Below the pieces are notes generated by a model. The model searched no databases. It saw only the letters and a list, made by a program, of their open reading frames with translations, and was not told the origin of the DNA. From the NCBI GenBank assembly GCA_964489145.1, contig CAZAXL010000001.1, positions 52,910 through 116,909 of the forward strand: DNA of 64,000 bases, in the 5' to 3' direction. A program made the translations under genes and the position numbers. Source of the DNA: an uncultured Gammaproteobacteria bacterium. Lineage in GTDB: Bacteria; Patescibacteriota; Microgenomatia; UBA8517. Of this stretch, positions 19,145 to 27,369 are shown piece by piece (the stretch's first letter is position 1; every line of letters starts with the position of its first letter).

Positions 19145-20194
19145 TTATGCCCGATAGCCTAAAAGCGCGGACTTAACCAAAACACAGACCGCGTCCTGCT
19201 CCCTTTTGGTAATTTGAATTCCAAGCGGCAAGTAAATTATTTTTTGTTTCCTGGACCAACCCGAATCATTCAACTCAAACCTGACAAAAAGACCGTTTGT
19301 TCTTAAAAACTTTAAAATCCAGCCGGCATATTCTTTGCCTAAAATTACGGGATAAGCGCGCAGGTTGGCCTTGTCTTTACTGGAAAGGTTTATTCTTACT
19401 GGGAAAAATTTTCCCAGTTCTTTTTCGTAATAGATAGCTTGACGTTTTTTAATGTCATGAACTTTTCCGATATTTATTCTGGAACTTAAAAGGTTTGGCA
19501 GGAAAGGTCCCCGCGCTGGCAGCATTGAATCCCCTATTGTGGAATACCCCTTTAGCATTAATCCTTCTGCGATTCGACCAAATCTTAACGACCAGGAGAG
19601 GACCATTAAAGCCCAAAGCAGACTAACTTTGATTGAATAAAAAAACGATTGGTAAAAAGGCGGCACCGAAAAATTCAAATCTTCAACTCTTCCGTAAATA
19701 TTCGATCCCTGTAGGGGAACCACCTTTCTCAGACTATCGATAATAAAATGGTCTTTTTTAAAAATTTTAATTTCTTCGGGATCGACAATTCTATGAACAG
19801 AGTCCTCTATCAGGATTGAGCTTCCAGTTATTTTTTTAAGCCACTTTGGGTCGTCCACCAAGTTGCTTTTTATCCCGACAGGATGAAATATTACGATCAC
19901 ACTTGGCTTAATCTGGTCGATTTTTGACTTAAAGGATTTTTTGTCTGCCGTCAGGTTAGTATTGATCTTGTAGTAAACCGGCTTGTAGCCATGAAGCCTG
20001 ATGTTATTCTCAACGTCGCCGCAAAAAAAATCGGGAAGTAAAACAAATGATCCTTTGGGTACTTGTTTCTTGAGTAGAATATCCCAGAAAGCATCCTCCC
20101 AGGAAAGATAGAACAAACGTTTAATGCCTTCGGCAAGTTTATTCTTTTTAAATTTAAAATAACGTAAACTTAGGATTGGCTGCGTTGATGTCAT
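19145..20194 (-). CDS. Divergent PLP-dependent aminotransferase-like protein (DegT/DnrJ-like fold)
   Basis: VLLPDFFC, IEDSVH and DSLRK resemble fold-type I motifs (P...C, EDxAH, S..K). Weak match. Confidence 0.5.
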   Translation of the reverse strand: MTSTQPILSLRYFKFKKNKLAEGIKRLFYLSWEDAFWDILLKKQVPKGSFVLLPDFFCGDVENNIRLHGYKPVYYKINTNLTADKKSFKSKIDQIKPSVIVIFHPVGIKSNLVDDPKWLKKITGSSILIEDSVHRIVDPEEIKIFKKDHFIIDSLRKVVPLQGSNIYGRVEDLNFSVPPFYQSFFYSIKVSLLWALMVLSWSLRFGRIAEGLMLKGYSTIGDSMLPARGPFLPNLLSSRINIGKVHDIKKRQAIYYEKELGKFFPVRINLSSKDKANLRAYPVILGKEYAGWILKFLRTNGLFVRFELNDSGWSRKQKIIYLPLGIQITKREQDAVCVLVKSALLGYRA

Positions 20195-20203
20195 GAATGG
20201 AGA

Positions 20204-21451
20204 TTATACAGCTGAACCTCTGAGTTTTAAAACTGAATTTTTGAACTGATTTCCTCTGTCTTTATAGTCTTTGAACATATCAAAACTGGCTGCTGCCGGC
20301 GACAGGATTACAATACCGCCTCTGGGGGTTGTCTCAAAAGCTTTCTTGACAATTTCCTCCATCGATGAATATCCCATGTTAATTACATTGCCTTGAAAGG
20401 TGTAACCCTTAAGGGTGTCGGCAATTTTATTTCCGACGTCGCCAATCAAAATAAGATTTTTGATGTTTTCTTTTTTCTCTATCTCGCGCATTAATTCCTG
20501 ATAATCCAACCCTTTATCGCTTCCGCCAAGAATCAGGGTTTCAGGTTCGGTAAACGAGTTTATCGCCGCAATTGTCGGCTGGGGGCCGGTTGCAAAAGAA
20601 TCGTTGTAAAAGGCTATTCCTTCTATCGTGTCAACCAACTCAAGTCTGTGTTCCAACCCTTTAAAAGACCTCACAGTTTCCAGAATCGTCTCCTCGTCAA
20701 TACCGACAATTTTTGTGGCAGCAACGGCAGCGGCAATATTTTCCAGATTATGCTCACCACGAAGAAGCAGATTCTCTTTGTATTTCTGTTCAAGCTCGGT
20801 CTTTGAGAAAAAAACTGTTTTTCCTTTTGCAGCTTCTACAAAACTTTTTGATGTTTCATATTCTTCATTTAATATTGCGAAATCGTCGGGACTCTGGTGA
20901 CTCACGATATTTTTCTTGGCCTCTATATATTCTTCTTTACTCTTATGCCAATCCATATGATCAAGGGTGATATTTAAAACTACCGCAATATGCGGACTTT
21001 TGGTTAAATCGATTAACTGAAAAGAAGAAAGCTCCATTATTACAAAACTGTTTTTTGTGAGTTTTGGAAGAAGTTCCAAATAAGGTTTCCCAATATTCCC
21101 TACCAGATAAACGTCTTTTCCGGCATTCTTAAGAATTTCATAAATCAAAGTTGAAGTTGTTCCTTTTCCCTTTGTTCCGGTTACGCCGATAATATTTCCC
21201 GGACAATTATCAAAAAATATTTTTAAAGAGGATGTTATTTTAACCCCGTTTTCTTCGGCTTTTACAATTTCGGGCAGATATCTGTAAACACCCGGAGAAC
21301 GGACAACAATATTAAAGTCATCCAGGTTTTTAAGATAATTTTCATCAAATTTCTTATCTAAAATAGTGACTTCGTCTCCAAGATCCTTGAAGTACTTTTC
21401 TGCATCCTGACCTTCAAGACCATATCCCAAAATTGCAATTTTATTATTCAT
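20204..21451 (-). CDS. murD: UDP-MurNAc-L-Ala:D-Glu ligase
   Basis: RSPG, GVTGTKGKGTT, ELSSFQL, HRLE, NDSFAT and SPAAASFD. Confidence 0.96.
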   Translation of the reverse strand: MNNKIAILGYGLEGQDAEKYFKDLGDEVTILDKKFDENYLKNLDDFNIVVRSPGVYRYLPEIVKAEENGVKITSSLKIFFDNCPGNIIGVTGTKGKGTTSTLIYEILKNAGKDVYLVGNIGKPYLELLPKLTKNSFVIMELSSFQLIDLTKSPHIAVVLNITLDHMDWHKSKEEYIEAKKNIVSHQSPDDFAILNEEYETSKSFVEAAKGKTVFFSKTELEQKYKENLLLRGEHNLENIAAAVAATKIVGIDEETILETVRSFKGLEHRLELVDTIEGIAFYNDSFATGPQPTIAAINSFTEPETLILGGSDKGLDYQELMREIEKKENIKNLILIGDVGNKIADTLKGYTFQGNVINMGYSSMEEIVKKAFETTPRGGIVILSPAAASFDMFKDYKDRGNQFKNSVLKLRGSAV

Positions 21452-21478
21452 AAATTATGGTGCATTAATGCGCTGTAG

Positions 21479-22492
21479 TTAAAAATTGACCAACTGAACT
21501 TCTCTCTCAAGCTTAACTCCGAATTTCTCGGAAACATCCTTTATTATCGTCTCCGAAAGTTTATAGACATCCTCGGCAGATGCATGTCCGCTTTTGTTTA
21601 TCAAAATAAGCGCGTGTTTGGACGAAACCGCAACCCCGTCTTCGCTTTTTCCTTTCCATCCGGCTCTTTCTATCAGCCAGGCAGCAGAAACTTTATACAT
21701 ATTTTTAAACGGAAAGATTTTTGCATCGGCAAACTTTTCTTCAATTTTGACTTTCTCATCGACATCTATCACGGGATTTTTAAAAAACGATCCAGCATTG
21801 CCAACCTCTTTTGGATCCTCCAATTTTTCCTTTCTGGTTTTTAAAACCGCTTCCCTAACCTCTTGCAGTGTTGCTCCCTCGCCGACAGAATTTTTCAACG
21901 ACTCGTATCTTATATTTGGTTTCCCGTCTTTACTTAATTTGAAAGTTACACTGATAATCAAATATTTCTGCCAGTTTTCTTTATCCTTAAAAACACTTTC
22001 CCTGTAGCCGAATTTGCAGTCCTCTTTAGTAAAAGTTTGATGCTCTTCATTGTTGATATCATAGGCCTCCAGCTTGTAAAAAGTGTCCGACACTTCCTGC
22101 CCATAAGCGCCCATATTTTGAATCGGAGCTGCCCCTACTGTCCCGGGAACTCCCGAAAGGCATTCCAGTCCCTGAAGGTTTCTTTTTACGGTTTCTTCAA
22201 CCAATTTATCCCAATTAAATCCCGCCCCCGCCGTTACAAAAACCTCAGAATCTTGAACTTCGAACTTTAAACCATCGCCTGTATATTTAATTACCAGGCC
22301 CTCATACTTCTTGTCGCTGGCCAAAAAATCGCTTCCGTCACCGACTATAAAAATCGGCAGGTTGTTGGTTTTTGCAAACCGAATTATCTCTCTCATCTCG
22401 CCCTCACTTTTTACTTCAACATAATATTTTATCTTCCCGCCGATGCGAAAAGTTGTTAAATCTTTAAATTTTTTGTCTTCAATTATTTTCAT
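21479..22492 (-). CDS. murB: UDP-N-acetylenolpyruvoylglucosamine reductase
   Basis: TFRIGG, PGTVGAAPIQNMGAYG, FGYRES, NAGSFFKNP and LEREV. Start moved to MKIIEDK. Confidence 0.96.
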   Translation of the reverse strand: MKIIEDKKFKDLTTFRIGGKIKYYVEVKSEGEMREIIRFAKTNNLPIFIVGDGSDFLASDKKYEGLVIKYTGDGLKFEVQDSEVFVTAGAGFNWDKLVEETVKRNLQGLECLSGVPGTVGAAPIQNMGAYGQEVSDTFYKLEAYDINNEEHQTFTKEDCKFGYRESVFKDKENWQKYLIISVTFKLSKDGKPNIRYESLKNSVGEGATLQEVREAVLKTRKEKLEDPKEVGNAGSFFKNPVIDVDEKVKIEEKFADAKIFPFKNMYKVSAAWLIERAGWKGKSEDGVAVSSKHALILINKSGHASAEDVYKLSETIIKDVSEKFGVKLEREVQLVNF

Positions 22493-22500
22493 AGAACTAA

Positions 22501-23709
22501 TTATATCAACTCGGCAATTTCCCTGGCCCATAAATAGCTTTTTCCTGCTCCCATTACCAAAATAACATCTCCCTGTTTAACTTCTTCCGATAACATTTTC
22601 TTAATTTTTTCAAAAGAATTAATCCCAATCGCGTTTTTGTTGCCGGTGGCACGGGCAACATCTTCCGGAGTTATCCCAAAAGTTTCACTGTCACGGGCTT
22701 TAAAAATCGGTCCAACTATAATTTTATCCGCCGCATTAAAAACTCCATCATATTTCGGAAGAAGTGTGTGGGTCCGCGCAAACCCGTGCGGTTCATCAAT
22801 TACCCAAATTCTTGATTCGGGAAATTCTTTTCTTAAACCTTCAATCGTTGTTTTTATGGCTGTCGGATGGTGAGCATAATCATCAAAAATCTTTACGCCA
22901 CCGCGATCCGCGATAAGCTCCATTCTCCTCCCGATTCCGGAAAAGCTCTCTAGGGATTTAACAATGGTCTCTTCGGCTATTCCCAACTTTTTACCCAAAA
23001 CATAAACCAAGTTTGCATTCTTTTGATTGTGTTCTCCAAAAATTTTTAAATTAAACTTTTCCCCAGGATTGTCTTTTTCCGTAATTAAAATTTTTTCTCC
23101 TTTAAGATTATTCACAAATTTTCTGAAAGCTTCCCGCACTTCCTCTTCGTTTTTGAAAAAATCGGGGTGGTCAAACTCAATATTGTTAATCACAATTATG
23201 TCGGGATGGTAATTTAGGAAATTATTATTAAATTCGTCTGCCTCGATTACAAAATATTCTCCTTTGCCGAACCTTGCATTTGCCTCCCATTCCGGTATTT
23301 TTGCGCCGACAACAACTGAGGGATCCAAACCTGCATCAACTAAAAGCTTACCTACCATTGCTGTTGTTGTGGACTTGCCGTGGGTGCCCGCAATGCAAAT
23401 TACTTTCTTACCCTCGGTTAAATATTTTCCGAGAAACTCCTGCCAAGTCATTACGATTTTTCTTTTTTCCGCCTCGACAAGCTCCGGATTTTCTTTATTT
23501 TGATAATAAATTGCAGGCGAAACTATAAGAAAGTCTATTCCTTCCAGGTGGTTTGGATCGTGTCCTTTAAAAAAATTCTTAGCATATGCGGTCTGCTCCT
23601 CCAGGTCACAGCCCGTAACCTCATAGCCCATTTTGGAGGCAAGGAGGGCGATGGCCGACATTCCACTCCCGCCGATTCCCATCATGTGGATCTTTTTTAA
23701 TTTATTCAT
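22501..23709 (-). CDS. murC: UDP-MurNAc:L-Ala ligase
   Basis: GIGGSGMSA, AGTHGKSTTT, EADE, DHPD and DDYAHHPT. Confidence 0.97.
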   Translation of the reverse strand: MNKLKKIHMMGIGGSGMSAIALLASKMGYEVTGCDLEEQTAYAKNFFKGHDPNHLEGIDFLIVSPAIYYQNKENPELVEAEKRKIVMTWQEFLGKYLTEGKKVICIAGTHGKSTTTAMVGKLLVDAGLDPSVVVGAKIPEWEANARFGKGEYFVIEADEFNNNFLNYHPDIIVINNIEFDHPDFFKNEEEVREAFRKFVNNLKGEKILITEKDNPGEKFNLKIFGEHNQKNANLVYVLGKKLGIAEETIVKSLESFSGIGRRMELIADRGGVKIFDDYAHHPTAIKTTIEGLRKEFPESRIWVIDEPHGFARTHTLLPKYDGVFNAADKIIVGPIFKARDSETFGITPEDVARATGNKNAIGINSFEKIKKMLSEEVKQGDVILVMGAGKSYLWAREIAELI

Positions 23710-25711
23710 TGAAAGTTCCCAATCTTTCTTCCATTTTTATCCTGGCTTTTTCCAATTCCTCAGGAGTATTTATTCCCTGCCATTCACTGTCATCCGGCAA
23801 AGTATAGGTTGCCATCCTCATCCCCTGATCAATTGCCATCTTAATTAAATCTACCAAATAGTATTCGCCCTGCTTGCTCTTTTTGACATTATTAATGTTT
23901 TTGGCAAACCAGCCTTTATCGAAAACATAAAGGCCGTCATTAACCTCTTTAATCTTCTTTTCCTCGGGCGTAGCATCTTTTTCTTCAACAATTTTTGTAA
24001 TAAGACCGTTTTTACCTCTGATAACCCTGCCAAGCCCGGTTGGGTTATTTTTCATAAGTGAGACAAATGTCAGTGCCCTTTGCCTCTCAAGGTGGGTCTT
24101 AATAATTTGCCTGATTGTTTCCGGCTTGTAAAAGGCACTGTCATCTCCGTTTATAACAATCAGTATTTTTGAAGAAGGGGGTATTTTTACAAAACCCGCT
24201 CTGGCCGCATCCGCAGTTCCTCCCTTGGGATTTTTCTGTATAGCAAGATCAATGGCACCTTTAATGTACCTTGCCACCTGATTCCTTTTAAAAGAAATCA
24301 CCGCGGTAACGCTTCCCACTCCTGCGGATCTTAAATTTTCCAATGTGTAGGCAATCATCGGCCGGCCACAAATTTTATGAATAACTTTAGGTAGAGTGGA
24401 TTTCATTCTCGTTCCTTTTCCAGCAGCCAGAATCACGGCAGATATGTCCTTACTTCTGCCCAGAAAGTTTTCAACTATTCCCTTGTCGCTCCAAGGGTGT
24501 TCGTAAGATCCGTATGCCATACTTTTTTCGTGGCCTTTTCCTAAAATTGCGACCGTGTCTTCTTTTTTACAAAGAGAAAGGGCATAGGCAATTGCTTCAC
24601 CACGCTCCGCAATTTTGAAAAAAGTTTTATCTTCTTTGGCGTTTGCACTTCTTGCTCCTTCCGACATTTTTGACAAGATGTCAAAGACATTCTCGCTTCT
24701 CGGATCCTCCGCGGTAAAAACGGAAACGTCGCTTAGCTTTGCCGAAATTTTGCCCATTTTAAATCTTTTTCTTGGGTCTCTTTCCCCTGCACACCCGAAG
24801 ACGGAAATAAGTTTTCCCCGAGTAGTCCCGCGAAGATGGGTCAATACCGCCTCAAGCGAATCCGGAGTATGCGCAAAATCTATAATAATGTTTGCGCCTA
24901 TGTTGTTTTTTATTTCGGCAAGTCTTCCTTCCGGCAGTCTAAAATCTTTAAGCGCTTTCAGGGCACTATTCCGTGAGATGCCAAATTTTTCGACCGCTGA
25001 GATAGCCGCCTCGACATTCAAATTATTGTATTTTCCCGGCAATACATTTATGGAGGTGTCTTTAGGAGAAATAACTTTCCATTTACAGGAATTTATAAAT
25101 GACTTTTTTACCCTTTTATACTCTTTGAAGGTTTTGTGATAATCCAAATGCTCCGGCGCTATATTGGTTAATACCCCAACGTCAAAGTGAACCCCGGCAA
25201 TTCTTTTTTGGTCGATCCCGTGAGAACTGACTTCGACAACTGCATATTCGTCCCCATCATCGACAAATTTCTTTAGGAATTTGTGCAAAGAAATTACATC
25301 AGGAGTTGTAACATGAAGGCCGGGTACTGAAATTGAGGATAAAATTCCAACTCTTTTTCCAAGGGAATTTAAGATGTGATAAATAATGTGCGCGGTCGTG
25401 GTTTTTCCTTTCGTTCCGGTAACCCCGATCACTTTAAGTTTTTCGGAAGGACGGCCAAACCAAACGGACGCAAGCTGCCCCAGGGCTTCACGGCTGTCCG
25501 TAACTTTAAGATAATTCCCGATTTTAATATCCTTTTCGCCCACCACCAGGGAAGCGCCGTTTTTGAAAGCGTCTTCAATGTAGTCGTGGCCGTCACGTCC
25601 GACGCCTCTGACGGCAACAAAAATATAGCCTTTTTCAACCTTTCTCGAGTCGTCGGTCAAACCTTTGTAACCGGAAAGCTTTCCGGTTAATTCCTCAAGA
25701 TTTTTGATCAT
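23702..25711 (-). CDS. murE: Fusion of MurE ligase and the GlmU N-terminal (uridyltransferase) domain
   Basis: MurE part: DSRKV, GTKGKTTT, EVSSH, DFAHTPD, EDPR, GKGHE. GlmU part: ILAAGKGTRMKS..PKV, GTADA, GDD, IVEEKDA, EYYLVD, GIN. No hexapeptide-repeat domain. Confidence 0.92.
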   Translation of the reverse strand: MIKNLEELTGKLSGYKGLTDDSRKVEKGYIFVAVRGVGRDGHDYIEDAFKNGASLVVGEKDIKIGNYLKVTDSREALGQLASVWFGRPSEKLKVIGVTGTKGKTTTAHIIYHILNSLGKRVGILSSISVPGLHVTTPDVISLHKFLKKFVDDGDEYAVVEVSSHGIDQKRIAGVHFDVGVLTNIAPEHLDYHKTFKEYKRVKKSFINSCKWKVISPKDTSINVLPGKYNNLNVEAAISAVEKFGISRNSALKALKDFRLPEGRLAEIKNNIGANIIIDFAHTPDSLEAVLTHLRGTTRGKLISVFGCAGERDPRKRFKMGKISAKLSDVSVFTAEDPRSENVFDILSKMSEGARSANAKEDKTFFKIAERGEAIAYALSLCKKEDTVAILGKGHEKSMAYGSYEHPWSDKGIVENFLGRSKDISAVILAAGKGTRMKSTLPKVIHKICGRPMIAYTLENLRSAGVGSVTAVISFKRNQVARYIKGAIDLAIQKNPKGGTADAARAGFVKIPPSSKILIVINGDDSAFYKPETIRQIIKTHLERQRALTFVSLMKNNPTGLGRVIRGKNGLITKIVEEKDATPEEKKIKEVNDGLYVFDKGWFAKNINNVKKSKQGEYYLVDLIKMAIDQGMRMATYTLPDDSEWQGINTPEELEKARIKMEERLGTFNE

Positions 25712-25774
25712 CTGTGGTATATTATATCAGCAATCGAGCCCGACTCCAATTGAGGCGAGGGCAGAATTATAACA

Positions 25775-26947
25775 ATGAGGGAACCCAAAAGAGTTTATCT
25801 GATCGATTTTGACAACACCCTTTTTGATACCGATGCCCTAAAAAGATCCATCTCCGAAAATTTCAAAAAAAGATTTAGCGATAAAAACTTATCCCTGTTT
25901 TGGAAAACTTACGCCGAATCAATTAAAGCTTTGAGGTATGTTGATATTAAAGAAATTTCCAAAGATTTACACAAAAAGTTCGGGGACGGTTCGGTAGAAG
26001 ATTTTGAGGACTTGTTTTTGAAAGCAGAGTTTAAAAAATTCGTTTTCAAGCACTCGGACAAACTAATAAAAACATTGAAAGATCGAGGGAAAGTAATTCT
26101 CTACTCCCTGGGTGATGCCCATTATCAACCCACCAAAATAAAAGGGAGCGGAATCGAAAAATTAATAGGCAAAAGCAATATTGTAATTCTGAAAAATAAA
26201 AAAACCGCAATCGGGGGTACAATTCTGAAATTCAAAGCGTCCGGCTATAACCAAATAATAATGGTGGATGATAGAGCCGATTTTCTGGAAAAAGCTAAAA
26301 GAGTTGATCCGGGCTGCATTACTGTCTGGTTCAGGTTTGGAAAATATAAGAATATTCTGCCAAAGGATAAAATGTCGATTGATTACGAAACGGATTCTTC
26401 CGAAAATCTTATTCATTATCTGAAAAATTTCGTAGGCATCTTGTCTCAAAGGAATATAAAAGAAAATATTTCTATATTAAGAGAAATTTCCAAGCCCCAA
26501 ATTGAACAACTAATTCACTCAACCGGCAAAGACAAATTGATCAAAAAATTTACACATGACAGGGAACGTTTCAGCTCATTCAAGGCCTTTATTTCCTGGA
26601 AAAAGCGTGGAAAAAAAATTTATGTAATGGTCGGGCGTAGAAATAAACTCCTCGGAATAATTTGGTTTAGCAGCAAAGCCGCACCGGCGAGTGTTTCCAA
26701 AGTTTTAAAGACATCTAATTGTGGCTACACTTTTGCGATAAGAAATTATCCTCCGGCCCGCCGCAAAGGACTTTCATCAAAATTTATGTATATTGTTTTT
26801 AAAGATTTTTGTGTATCCAATGAAAAAGGGGTCTGGCTTAGCACGGCGAAAGATAACATCCCTGCGAACAAACTTTATATAAACTACGGATTTAAGAAAA
26901 TTGCGGACTTGAAAGAAAACCGAATTATTTACACTTTTAGGGGTTAA
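25775..26947 (+). CDS. HAD-like hydrolase plus C-terminal GNAT acetyltransferase (fusion)
   Basis: HAD motif I DFDNT and MVDD; GNAT motifs ARRKGLS and NIPANKLYINYGF. Confidence 0.75.
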   Translation: MREPKRVYLIDFDNTLFDTDALKRSISENFKKRFSDKNLSLFWKTYAESIKALRYVDIKEISKDLHKKFGDGSVEDFEDLFLKAEFKKFVFKHSDKLIKTLKDRGKVILYSLGDAHYQPTKIKGSGIEKLIGKSNIVILKNKKTAIGGTILKFKASGYNQIIMVDDRADFLEKAKRVDPGCITVWFRFGKYKNILPKDKMSIDYETDSSENLIHYLKNFVGILSQRNIKENISILREISKPQIEQLIHSTGKDKLIKKFTHDRERFSSFKAFISWKKRGKKIYVMVGRRNKLLGIIWFSSKAAPASVSKVLKTSNCGYTFAIRNYPPARRKGLSSKFMYIVFKDFCVSNEKGVWLSTAKDNIPANKLYINYGFKKIADLKENRIIYTFRG

Positions 26948-26965
26948 CCTCTTTTTCGAAAAAAA

Positions 26966-27289
26966 CTAAATTATCTCTGGAGTTACCTTCATTGCCGTAA
27001 ATGTTGGAGGAGCAGTTTTAGGATCTCCAATATACTCCGGGAATCCTGGAGCGGCTACAGCGTTTACCAGAATTTTTTCATCACCTTGGGCAATTAAAAG
27101 CGAATAGTGTACGCCATACCCTGCGCGAGGTTCCGGATAAACTAAAACTTCCGCTTTAGCTTCGGGGAATTTGTCTTTTACTTCTTTCCCTATTTTTGAC
27201 GTAGAATTACGGCAATTGTTTAGACCCGTCAAAGAATCGTTCTCCTGAAGAAGGCTTCTAATAAACTCACCCATGTTTTCCGTAGACAT
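26966..27289 (-). CDS. Hypothetical protein
   Basis: 107-aa ORF with a TATAAT box 7 nt upstream of the ATG; no recognised family. Confidence 0.7.
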   Translation of the reverse strand: MSTENMGEFIRSLLQENDSLTGLNNCRNSTSKIGKEVKDKFPEAKAEVLVYPEPRAGYGVHYSLLIAQGDEKILVNAVAAPGFPEYIGDPKTAPPTFTAMKVTPEII

Positions 27290-27369
27290 AATATTAATTA
27301 TAGCTTATAACTATAAACTATATATACTATTATATACTGTATATGCAAGCTCTGCCCAGTTTTGGCAAG

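Noticed and set aside
22246-22273. Heptamer-like run in murB (cagaatc ttgaact tcgaact ttaaacc)
   Set aside because: Only two good units and no evident length insertion, so it may be chance; not counted among the arrays.
27290-27345. AT-rich ACTATA/TATA repeats downstream of glmS
   Set aside because: Irregular period and low complexity; explained adequately as a promoter-containing spacer.
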